Part shown: positions 20,843 through 31,000 of the stretch, one piece after another
Position numbering within the stretch: the stretch's first letter is position 1
Layout: each line of letters starts with the position of its first letter
Source: Cyanophora paradoxa CCMP329
Taxonomy: Eukaryota > Plantae > Glaucophyta
Assembly (NCBI GenBank): GCA_004431415.1
Contig: QPMI01000089.1
Coordinates: 124,001 to 188,000 of the forward strand
Length of the DNA: 64,000 nucleotides
Direction of reading: 5' to 3'
Notes under the pieces: generated by a model
Told to the model about the DNA's origin: nothing
The model's input: only the letters and a program-made list of their open reading frames with translations
Database searches by the model: none
Made by a program: the position numbers and the translations under genes

Positions 20843-21442
20843 ATGGCGTATCTGTTCAATGGCGAGCCCATCTTTGAATATCCTCTTTCGGATCTCTCAT
20901 TTACCGCTGTCGAATTGCTTGACATCGTCTTCTCTATTGATAGCGACCGCTGTAAATTTTCTATTATCAATACATTCACCCGCCCGGAAGACATTGAATC
21001 TATTGGTTTCTTTATTGAAGAACCTCATAAAATTGTTGTTCGATCATCAAGAGGGTTCTCATACGTTACAGTCCATGATTTTTCCATAAAATATAGCATC
21101 GTTGGCGTCCATGAAGAAAATGAGGGAGGTTATCAATCTGTTCTGAATTTCCGGCGTCTCATCAAATGCACTCCATACACCATGAAGGATGTAATCAGAG
21201 CCGTTAAGCGTGAGCATGAACATGAACCAATAAACCTCCATTATTTCAATGTTAAACGCAATCTGTCCACATATCATAAGAAGTTTGAAGAGCATGAGTT
21301 GAAAATTACACGTCGCACCACCTTGCGTAAATTCTTAAAGGATAATGGAGCGAAATGGAGTCGTAATTGCCGAAAGTGGTTTATCGATTCAAACAACCGA
21401 AATGGTGTCGTCGCTAATATATTCTGCCCCGATTTACCGTAA
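20843..21442 (+). CDS. Viral hypothetical protein
   Basis: 199-aa ORF with the conserved promoter motif upstream. C-terminal LK.NGAKW....KWF. Confidence 0.75.
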   Translation: MAYLFNGEPIFEYPLSDLSFTAVELLDIVFSIDSDRCKFSIINTFTRPEDIESIGFFIEEPHKIVVRSSRGFSYVTVHDFSIKYSIVGVHEENEGGYQSVLNFRRLIKCTPYTMKDVIRAVKREHEHEPINLHYFNVKRNLSTYHKKFEEHELKITRRTTLRKFLKDNGAKWSRNCRKWFIDSNNRNGVVANIFCPDLP

Positions 21443-21514
21443 ACAAACAAAACCTTTTCTTGTCGCGTGCGAGTAAAATGTTACATTGATCTTTTTTATT
21501 GTCTGATGACAAGG

Positions 21515-22948
21515 ATGTCAAGACCGCCAATAGTAAGACGATCGCAAGATTTAGAGGGGAGCACATTGCCGATCCCCGTGCCGAAAGAGAATAAAGAGAG
21601 CCGCATAGTAAAGCGGTCTGATTTAAAGGCTTTGGTGCCCCGCGAGGTGCCCGTAGCCCTTGCTGTCCCGGAGGAATCGAAAATTGCCCGGAAGTTTTAC
21701 AGTCCGCAAACAGGCTTTAAAGGGATCACTAAGCTACGGCAAGAGCTGCCCGACGAGAATTATAAGAAATTGCAAGAGTGGTATAGCCGGCAAGAGGTCG
21801 TTCAGATTAATGCGCCGCACCTATCCCGCAAACGAGACCCTGCTATACCGATCCGACAGCCTCTCGATACCTACGTAATTGATCTGCTATTCTTTCCCGC
21901 TTACTCGAAGTATAATGATAATTACAGTGCTTTTCTCACGGCTATGGAGAACACATTACGGGTCGGGTTCATTATCCCGATGCGGGATAAGTCCGCGGCG
22001 TCGACCTTAGCCGCCTTTATACAGCTGCAAAATAAGGCGCCGAGACCAATTTTCAAAGTGCAAAGCGATGCGGGAAGCGAATTCCGCAATGATATTATGC
22101 GCAAATATTTCGAGAATCAGTTTATCGAGCATCAGATAGCGGACACAGCCGACCATCGCGCGCAAGGGCGCATAGAAGCATTTAACAAGCAAATGCGGCG
22201 GCTGATCACGAGCTACTGCATCGCGAATAATACGGCGCGATTTATAGATGTCCTTTCGTCTCTGGAATATAATTATAATAATACGGTGCACTCTGCGACC
22301 GGCTATATGCCCGCCGAGACCAACGAGAGTCACTATAAGCTTATAGTGCAAAAAGAAGATGCGAAATTCAAGAAATCGATAGCTTATTTGGATCAGATTC
22401 AGCCGGGCATGTCAGTAAGGCTACGGATCGAGAAGACGCCATTCGCTAAGGGCGGTAACAATTGGAGCCGAATCGTATATACTGTCGCCGCGCGCGAGGG
22501 CTATAAGTTTATGCTAACTGATCCGGACGGCAATCGCGTAGAGGGTCGCTTTGCCTTCCACGAGCTATTGCCTGTCCAAGCTGTGGATTACCTAATGGCG
22601 CCCACAGTAGATGCATTAGAAGCGGCAAAGGACGAGGCGCGGGTCGATGCGCAATTGCGTAGAGAGGGCATAGAAGCCGCCGCATCAGTGCCGCAAGGCA
22701 CTCTATTAGAGGATCGCGTGCAAAAAGAGAAACGCGTAAATAAAGAATTACAGCGGCTAGTAACCGCCGCGGAGCCTAAGCTATCCGGCGGCGTGAATAG
22801 CCAACGATGGTATAAGTCGTTCTCGAATCAGACTGAGAGCTATAAAGCGCCGGAAACCAAAGCTACATTAAGAAGTAGTAGAAAAGTAGCAACGGTAGCG
22901 CCGGTAGCTAATGGCGATCGAAAAGCGACTCTGAGACCACGAAAGTAG
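21515..22948 (+). CDS. Retroviral-type (rve, DDE) integrase of Polinton/Maverick class
   Basis: FYSP.TGFKG..KL, YVIDLL (D1), VQSDAGSEF (D2), GRIEAFNKQMR (E), YNNTVHSATGYMP and an SH3-like VRL......FAKG..NWS..VYTV segment. Start codon uncertain (21506 or 21515). Confidence 0.93.
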   Translation: MSRPPIVRRSQDLEGSTLPIPVPKENKESRIVKRSDLKALVPREVPVALAVPEESKIARKFYSPQTGFKGITKLRQELPDENYKKLQEWYSRQEVVQINAPHLSRKRDPAIPIRQPLDTYVIDLLFFPAYSKYNDNYSAFLTAMENTLRVGFIIPMRDKSAASTLAAFIQLQNKAPRPIFKVQSDAGSEFRNDIMRKYFENQFIEHQIADTADHRAQGRIEAFNKQMRRLITSYCIANNTARFIDVLSSLEYNYNNTVHSATGYMPAETNESHYKLIVQKEDAKFKKSIAYLDQIQPGMSVRLRIEKTPFAKGGNNWSRIVYTVAAREGYKFMLTDPDGNRVEGRFAFHELLPVQAVDYLMAPTVDALEAAKDEARVDAQLRREGIEAAASVPQGTLLEDRVQKEKRVNKELQRLVTAAEPKLSGGVNSQRWYKSFSNQTESYKAPETKATLRSSRKVATVAPVANGDRKATLRPRK

Positions 22949-23984
22949 TAGGCGCCGCGGTGCTTTCGTAGCCGCCAAATCGCGCCCTTTGCGAATCAGA
23001 CCTCGCCACTTCGTAGTAGTGTAGAACTACTCTATACGCGCGCGGATGCAAAGTATGACTAGTGGAGCCTCACGGGAACGCGCGCCGGCGCGCACGACGT
23101 AGGGGACACCTCGGTTTTCGGGCACCTGTGCCTATGGAGAATTCGCGCTTCGCGCCATGGTTGAGTAAGCTAGTCAAACTAGCACCAACATGCCCGGAAG
23201 CAAGTTACAAGCACGTAGCAATTGAGAGCGCGCCGAGATCGGCTTGCTGTCCAAAGTTATGCCCGGAAAACGAAAGGGGGGGTCGCCGCCGAGTCGCGAT
23301 CGCGGTGTTATGGTAAATATTTGCCGGCGACTCGGGACTCGGGACTCGGGACTCGGGACTCCGGGAAGTTGGCAAGTCGGTCAGTCACTGGTCAGTCATA
23401 GTCAGTCAAGTTTTGGTGTCGGCTTGTCGTTAAATCGACAAGTAATGGCGGCTTGTCGAAAAAACGTCAAGTCTGTTGCGGCTTGTCGTAAAAACGTCAA
23501 GCCGACGAAAGATATACCCCAATCGGTTACGCGAGCCTCTACCCCAATCGGTTACGCCCGCATAACCGGTTACGCGAGCCTCTACCCCAATCGGTTACGG
23601 TCACATCCGCGATTGGTCGAACATCGAAAAACACATAAAAAACTACTTTGTGGCATGCTATATGTTTTCGGGATCGCCGTGATGTGATGACCCCGAATAT
23701 GTCGGTGACGCCGGTGTATATATGTATATGTCGTGATATGCGAAAAAAACAAAAAAAAACAAAAAATGCAAAGTTGTGCGGGATCACTCACACAGAGGTT
23801 CGGACATATATACGAAATATATGCATGACTAAATCGTTATTGTTTTCATAGAACTCGCATGTAGTTTGCATGTATCTTGCATAGTGGGCGGGGCGCACTT
23901 ATCCCCTTCGTATCCACTTCGTATCCACTTCGTATCCACTTCGTGTTCACTAAATTATATCGCACTGATTCAGTTTGCATTTTG

Positions 23985-24216
23985 CCCCCACCCTACACCC
24001 CACCCTATACTACAATCTCGTTATTTCTATACATATTTACTATCTATTTAATTAGAGTTTGTACATTGAAATAAGTGAGGTGTATCGATAAGTAATACAG
24101 GGTGGGGAGGGTGGGGTTGGGTGGGGTCTTTTTTGCCCAAAAATATTTGACCCCCCAAAAATTTAAGGGATTCAAAAAAAAGCCCCACCTCACCCCACTT
24201 ACCCCACCCTATCGAA
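23985..24216. repeat. ~220-bp G/C-tract palindromic unit, copy 2
   Basis: Same architecture as 15554-15771 (C-tract, ACATTGAA, TACAGGGTGGGG... arm, ...CCCTATCGAA). Confidence 0.9.
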
Positions 24217-24468
24217 GTACGCACGATATCATAGTAGGCTACATCGGGATTGCGATCATATGACAGTGTATACAGTGAGGGTGGTGCCCCACTTTCTCAC
24301 CCCACCCTATCGATTCGCGATTCAGGGATCGCGAAATATACAGCACATGATACTTGTTTTTCTTAGTGATCGCGCCGTTCTAATACGATCCGATTATATC
24401 ATATCTCGTCGGTATCACGTCGGTTCAATATCGTAATTATTAAATGGTTGGCTGATACCACCTTCACA

Positions 24469-24687
24469 CCCCACCCTCACACCCCACCCGGTATTAATTT
24501 AACATACATAATCTCTATACTTTATACATTAATCACATTGAAATCAATCATGAATATAATAAAAGATACAGGGTGGGGTAAGTGGGGTTGGGTGGGGTCT
24601 TTTTTGACCAAAACTTTTTGAGGGGGAATTATTTTAGGGAATTCAAAAAAATGCCCCACCTCACCCCACCCGCCCCACCCTATCGAA
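24469..24687. repeat. ~220-bp G/C-tract palindromic unit, copy 3
   Basis: Same architecture. The left arm carries the variant GGGGTAAGTGGGG. Confidence 0.9.
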
Positions 24688-24945
24688 GCTACATAGATGA
24701 TACACATGACTATATGTGGCGCGTCCCAAGCAGCACATTGTAATTATTTTAGATACACATCGCGCATCGTAAACACATATCGGCTATATCGCGACTACAT
24801 ATTTTTATATACATAATTTACAAAGATTTCACGATACATATATTATTTTTTATTGATTCGTTTACGAACTACCGATAAAATACATATCAGATATCGATAT
24901 ACACTATGATAAAAATGCTAATATCTTTATATAACTTATAGTAAC

Positions 24946-25016
24946 ACACATATAAAAACAAATATTATTATCCTGAGCGGAACGCGAGGGATAATAATAT
25001 TTGTTTTTATATGTGT
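24946..25016. repeat. Perfect 28-bp terminal inverted repeat/hairpin at the virus-host junction
   Basis: ACACATATAAAAACAAATATTATTATCC (24946-24973), a 15-nt loop, then the exact reverse complement (24989-25016). Confidence 0.95.
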
Positions 25017-28000
25017 CGCCGCATCTCCCCGCATTGGCTCTCTCACCTGTTGGAGATGTCGCCGTTGGCAGCATTCAAAGGGATGGAGACGTGTTCGGCT
25101 TCAGAGCCCAACTTCCCGCATTCAGCGTGGTTCGAGCACTTTTGGCAATTTGTACATTTGTTTTCCAGCTCTGGAGTCGTGGATCTGCGGGAGGTCGGCG
25201 TCTGGCCTCTGCTTCCCGCCACTGGAGGGCGCTTCGTGTCTGCAACCCTCTCAAAGTCGGCCGTCTTCCTCCTGGACGCGCACCTAAGCGCGCTCGGCCT
25301 TCGCGGCGCGGTCGGCCTGCTCTCTTCCCTCGGCGTCGTCGTCCTCTCCACTGCGGCCGCAAATGCAATCACGGCCTCTCAGATGCGCTGCCTCCTGGAG
25401 CCCTTTGCGACTGCACTTGACGCCGCAGCCGTGGTGCAAGCCCTGCGAGCCCCTGTCTTCCCCGGCTTGCCAATCAGCAGTCTGCCGTCTTCCGAGCTGC
25501 TGCAGCTTCGCGAGATCTTTGCGACCCTCATCCACGGCAGCAGTATGCAGTATATGAACGATCGCGACCGCGAGGACGTACTGGGATTTCTGCGAAGCAC
25601 TCCGCTCTTCTCCACCCGACAGGACCCAACCAGTTTCGTCTCAGCGTCGGGTGGCGTGGCGCTCGCTCCCTCGGGCCTCACCCAACTCGTGCACGAGAAT
25701 CGCTTCTTGAGTGAAGACAGCGTCGCGCAAATGCAGCTGTTGCGGTTCATGGAAATCCCGCGCTGCTCCGTCGTCGAATACGTGAAGTCGCACTTGCTGC
25801 CGTCTCTCGTGATCGGCTGTTCAGACAGCGTACACAAGGCCTGCGTTGATCTCCTCGCGATCGTGCATGCGCATCTACAGCATTCGCGCGAGCGCGACGC
25901 CGTTGCGTCTCTGATGAAGTCGCACCCCTTCGTGACGGTCGGTGAAGGTAATCCGTTCTATCTGCGATACTGCCGCCAATTGCCATTGCAACTATATAGC
26001 TAATGAATCAAACGCTGCGACAGGTGCAAGTGTCAAGCTCTGCGCGCCCGAGAGCCTCTACGATCCTGTCGTCATTGAGCTGCGGAATCTTCTTCCGAGC
26101 GATTGTTTTCCCGCTGGTGCTTACAATGAGCCGATATCTCTTTCGATTCTGCGGGAGTGGCTCGGCCTGCGGCGAATTCTGTCGACGAATGACGTTTTAT
26201 CTGTTGCTCAGTCGATTGCAGACTCATCCAGCGATGGCGGTGAGTAAAACGTTAACCGGACACATGCATAAATTTTGAATATATTTATGATTAATTATAA
26301 TGACATGCACGCGCAGATTTGGGTACTGCAGCTGCGCATGCGCGATCGCGAGGGCTTCTTCATTACATCCAGCAGCACCATGGCGAAATCCACGGCGATC
26401 GCGGCCTGAGCGAGTTGCGAGCCATCCGCTGGCTTCCCGTACAGATTCGCCCGCAGAAGCTCCCCACCTCCGTCCTCTGGCTCGAACTCGCCTCTCGTCG
26501 CTTCGCGTCGCCGGACGAGTCCAGGCCCGCGTCGGATGCCGATTTCGCCTGCGCCACCAAGTTCATTGTCGACGTTGACGTTCCTGTCTGGTCCCGTGCC
26601 GTCCTGGATATTTTTGGTTGGTCCAGCGGCAACGCGGCGCTGGCCGCGGCGCAGCTTCGCGTGATGCGCGAGGCGTTTGCGAATGGCAAGCTGAATGCGA
26701 AAGACATCGAGGGTTGCATCGGTTCAGTTTACTCTGCAATGGAGCAGGATTCTGATTGCGACTCTATCAAGGAATTTCTGGTCAACGACGAGTGGATCTG
26801 GGATGGCGTTGACAAAGCATTTCTCGGGCTCTCTCGATTCGCGCTGTCCGGACACCGCAATTTGGACGCGCGCCCCTTCCTGCGCATCCTGCCGCCATCC
26901 ATAGCGACTCGACGCCGACTCATCGAAGTCTCTGATATTCGCCAAAACTGGTCTATCGTCGACTACGTCAACGTGCTTTCATCGTGTGCGGCTTCGCCTC
27001 GTGACGGAGGCTTCACCGAGTCTGAGCTCCAGCTTTTTGCGTCCATTGTGAACGAAGCCGCCGCGCAGCATGCTTCCAATCCACAGCTCCTGTCCTCCGT
27101 ACCCTTCTTTCTTCCCGCGGAAGACTCTCGCCTGCACGAGCCCACTATGTGCCTCTACGACGACTTGCGCATGCAGAAACGCACGTCGTTGTCTCATGAT
27201 CACGATCGCTTTCGGCCTATGCATGTTGCCTCTCACTCGAGCTCGACCTCCGGCTCTGTCCTGGGAGACCACGTCATTCTGCATCCTTCGGTGAAGAGGG
27301 AGGCGGCGGAGGCACTCGGCATCCGCATGCTGAGGGAGCACATCAACAGCGTCGTCTTCATGGACAATGGCAAGGCGCCGCTTGCGGTGCGCATGCTTTC
27401 AGTACCTCAAACTTAATTGAACTTGACTAAATATCAACATGCATAATGACGATCGATTCGCTTCCGCATTTTCAGTTCAAACCCTCCGGGCCTAAAATCG
27501 AGCTGACGACTGCTATCAAGAATGATCTGCGCGACTACCTCGCCGCGGATAAAAGCCCCTACGAGACGGTCCGCATGGACATGCCATGATAATCATTGCT
27601 CCTTTTCACGCGCAAGTCTGACATTTAGAGATTTGTGCGACAATTTTGCGTGCGCAGCTCCTGAAGGAGAAGATGCAGAATGCGGACGACGCGGGCGCGA
27701 AGGAGGTTTGCTTCGTGTTGGACCGCTGCAGCTACGGGGAGGAGTCGCTGCTCGTGCCGGAGCTGCGGGAGTGCCAGGGCCCCGCCCTCCTCGTCTACAA
27801 CGACGCCGTCTTCACGGAGGCCGACTTCGAAGCGATCGAGCGCCTCGCGAGTGGCACTAAGGCGGGGGACGCCTCCAAGATCGGCGCCTTCAATCGCGGC
27901 TTCAACATCGTCTACAAGTGCGTCCTTTAAGCATCCAGATCTATTCACTTTTCATTTCGCGCCGCGGAACGATCGCTTGCGTTTTCGTTGCAGGTTCTGC

Positions 28001-31000
28001 GACGTCGTCGAGTTCCTCTCGGGGACCTCCTTTGCCATCTTCGACCCGCACCAGAGGTGCAAAGCACGCTTAAAATGGAGACATGTACATGTACAATATG
28101 TAGCGCTAGCGTGCGACTGTGCATATATATGCATGTGCTGACAATGTGCTGACAATGTGCTGACATTTCAGGTACCTGCCCCGCCGGCCGGGCTGCTCGG
28201 AACGGGACCCCGGCTGTCGCTGGGAAGACATCGTCAAGATCGGACTCGCCGCTCACCTCAGGGACCAGTTCGCCCCACTCTACGCCTACGCTGACACCTT
28301 CGGCATCTCGGCTACTGAGTCCTTTCCCGGCACCCTCTTCCGCATCCCTCTCCGCTCGGCCAAGCAGGCAGCAACGTCGAAGATCTGCCCCAACGAGCGG
28401 CCTCTCGATCCCAACACAGTCTTTTATCAGCTTCGAGCTGCCTTCAGGGTCCATCCGTCTACTTCTTTGGATTTGCATCACTCGGGATCTCAGTCTTTTC
28501 CGCGCAGCGCTTGGGCCCTACTATGCTGCTCTTTCTTCGGAATGTCGAATGCATTCGCCTGCTCGAGCGGCGGACACCCGGCGAAAAGCCTCACACAGTC
28601 GGCAAGGTCTGGATTTCAACTCCAACAGGAAAACCGCCTCTGGACGTGCTGCGCCGCCCGCCAGCGCTGGCAGCGGCAACGCAGGAGGGGACGTGGCACA
28701 TCGGGGAGATGATAGTCACGAGCGAATTCGGCAGCGAGCACGCAGAGGAGGCGACGTGGCTCGTTTGCAACCGCACGCCAGACGAGAGGCAGCGAAACGA
28801 GCTGCTCAAGCTCGCAAAGGCGGGCCGCGCCCTCGCGCCATGGGCAGGCGTCGCAGGTCTTGTGGGCACCCGCGGCCGTACGCATCGCTTGCAGACTTCG
28901 TCGGCAGCCATGGCCAGCGTTGGCGCCGAGATCTTCAGCCAGACCTCCGGAGGGCTTTTCTGGTGCGGAGCCATTTTGAGTTTAATTATCAAACCTGATC
29001 GAAGCTGAGGGTTTCACTCGCCGTCTCCCAGCTTCTTGCCGGTCCCCGGCGACACGGGCCTGCCTGTCCTCTTGAACGCCGGCTTCGAGCTCTCCTCCGA
29101 CCGCCGCGACCTCCTCACGGGCCAGGACCACGCGACGCAGCACGCGGTCCTCTCGCCCGCCAACGCGTTCCTCTGCGAGGAGCTGCTGCCCGCCGTCTAC
29201 GCCCGCTACTTGGTCGAGCTCGCTGCCAGGGGTGACCCGCAAATTGTTCTTTCTCACTGGCCCGGCTACAGTACGCAGGCGATGACCAGGTTCGTTTCAG
29301 TAGATTTTTGCAGCTGCCATTTTTCGCCTTCTCAGCTCGAGATCTAGGCCTTCTAATTTCCTGAATGCGCTTGCCGCCGCAGGTACAAGCCTCTCTGCCA
29401 GAACACTCTAAAATTTCTGTTCGATCTTCCTGTCCTGCCTCGCTACTCGGCTTCCGTTCGCGTCGATGACGATGGTTCCTCGAGCTCTGGGCCCGGCCGC
29501 GGGCGCGCTCAGCAGTGCACATGCACCTTTGTTGAAGCCAGGAAGAGCATCTTCTGGGCACGTCATCTCTTCACGGGCTTAGGAGAACCAGCGTCTTCGA
29601 CGTCGACGTCGACGGCGAAACTCTCGGCCGGACGCACATCATATCTAAATTCTTGCAAGGCGGTGCTGGATTGCCTGACGGCGGTGGGCGAGCTGCTGGT
29701 CGAGGACGTCGACGCCGGTCTCCCCGGCTGCGGCGAGACCCTCGCTTCCCTATTCACAAGCGCCCAGTGCCACATCAAATGGCTGACTCCAAGTATCGTC
29801 CGCGACTGGCTCCGCAGCAAGCAGACTTCCGGACTGGCCCGTGCGCACCTCCAAGCTGTTCCTTTCGCCGACCGTCGCGCGGTGTTCAGCTACTGCATCT
29901 CGGACCTCGAATTCCGCTCCACTGAACACGATTGCGCCGAACTGCGGGCGGAACTCGTCGGCTGCCCCTTGGCGTTGCTGGAGGGCGGCACTGTGGCAGT
30001 GCTGCAGGAGCCGAGCAGTTCGACTCCAACTCACTGGGTCGTGAACAAGGCGCAGCGCTGTCTCTTCTCGGCAGTCCAGCAGTTGGCTTTCGTGCACTCG
30101 GATCTGGGGGGCAGCGCCGATCGCGAGCTCTCCATCCTTGTAAACGCGGGCCTGAACGTGAGGGCCCTAGAGCCCTCCGCGCTGCTGCAGCTGCTGGCGG
30201 AGCCCGGGAGCCCGTTCGCACCTCTGCGCAACCATGACGTGCTCGACCGGACTCGGATGCTTGAGCTCGCCAAACGCGGCTGGCCCGACGCCCTCTGGAA
30301 GCTATTCCTAGCAGCCTTTTCAAATACAGCGGACATGTTCGCTGCTCTCCATGAGTGGCCGGTCCGTGTTCATAATAAGTTCAATTTGTCAAATTGTTTT
30401 GTCTTTAATTCGTATTTGGGCGCCCAGGTTCTCCCGGCTGAACGCGACGCCCTTGTCCGCCCCTCGTCCCCTTCTATCATACTCAGACCCACCCGCTGCG
30501 TAGCTTCCCTGCCTGGGGCAATCGATATTTTGGGCAAGCTCGGTGTGCACGTCGTTCAGGACGCGTGGCTCACTCGCTACACCGCCGCGGAGGCTTCTCT
30601 AGACGTCCAAGGCCGGCAGACGCAGCCGTGCTTGCCTCACGGGACAGCCTGCGACCTGCTGCGGGCGATCACGGAGGCAAGGCGCCGGGGAATGCAGCGC
30701 TGCGAGATCGTGGCGCTAGCCCCCGACGAGAAGCGCACCCTGCTCCGCAACCTCTGTACTGACCTTGTCAACTACGATCAAAACCATGGCCAGTCAATGG
30801 CTGTCCAGATTCTGAAAACGCTCCCAATCTTTGGTGCTTCCCCCCTCGTGGTCTCACGAACATTTAATACAATTGCGCTTTCTTTCTTCTTGGCTGATTG
30901 GGGTTATTATCATTTTCTTCAGAATGCGCTTTCCAGCGGGGCGTCTTCACACCGATCACCCCGGGCCGCTCGTACGTTGCAGAGCAGTACGTCATCGATT

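Larger units (their letters stand above)
1..25016. mobile_element. Endogenous Polinton/Maverick-like virus (PLV), right part; left end outside the window
   Basis: MCP, penton-like genes, A32 ATPase, PolB, primase-helicase and rve integrase sit in one intron-less, AT-richer block. There is an abrupt switch to GC-rich intron-containing DNA right after a terminal hairpin at 25016. Confidence 0.95.
22950..25016. repeat. Non-coding viral end region (candidate right terminal inverted repeat) with short tandem arrays
   Basis: GGGACTC x4-5 (23329-23365), GCGGCTTGTCG(A/T)AAAAACGTCAAG x2 (23448-23501), CCCCAATCGGTTACG x3 (23517-23599) and TTCGTATCCAC x3 (23907-23939). No credible ORF. The partner TIR is not visible. 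Confidence 0.6.

Noticed and set aside
23012-23032. AGTAGT...ACTACT as a canonical Polinton terminus
   Set aside because: Virus-like composition and copies of the internal repeat continue for another 2 kb. The compositional junction is at 25016/25017.
23300-24700. Viral end repeats as a CRISPR-like or spacer-acquiring array
   Set aside because: The short arrays lack spacers. The large units number only three, and their spacers are homologous (shared ACATTGAA) rather than unique.
23062-24707. Short ORFs in the viral end region
   Set aside because: They are translations of tandem repeats, mostly with non-ATG starts, and show no protein motifs.
1-25016. Bacterial prophage or contaminating contig
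   Set aside because: A32 ATPase, jelly-roll capsid genes, Polinton-type PolB and rve integrase indicate a eukaryotic virus. There are no consistent Shine-Dalgarno sites, and the hairpin-bounded junction is clean. Chimerism still needs a read check.
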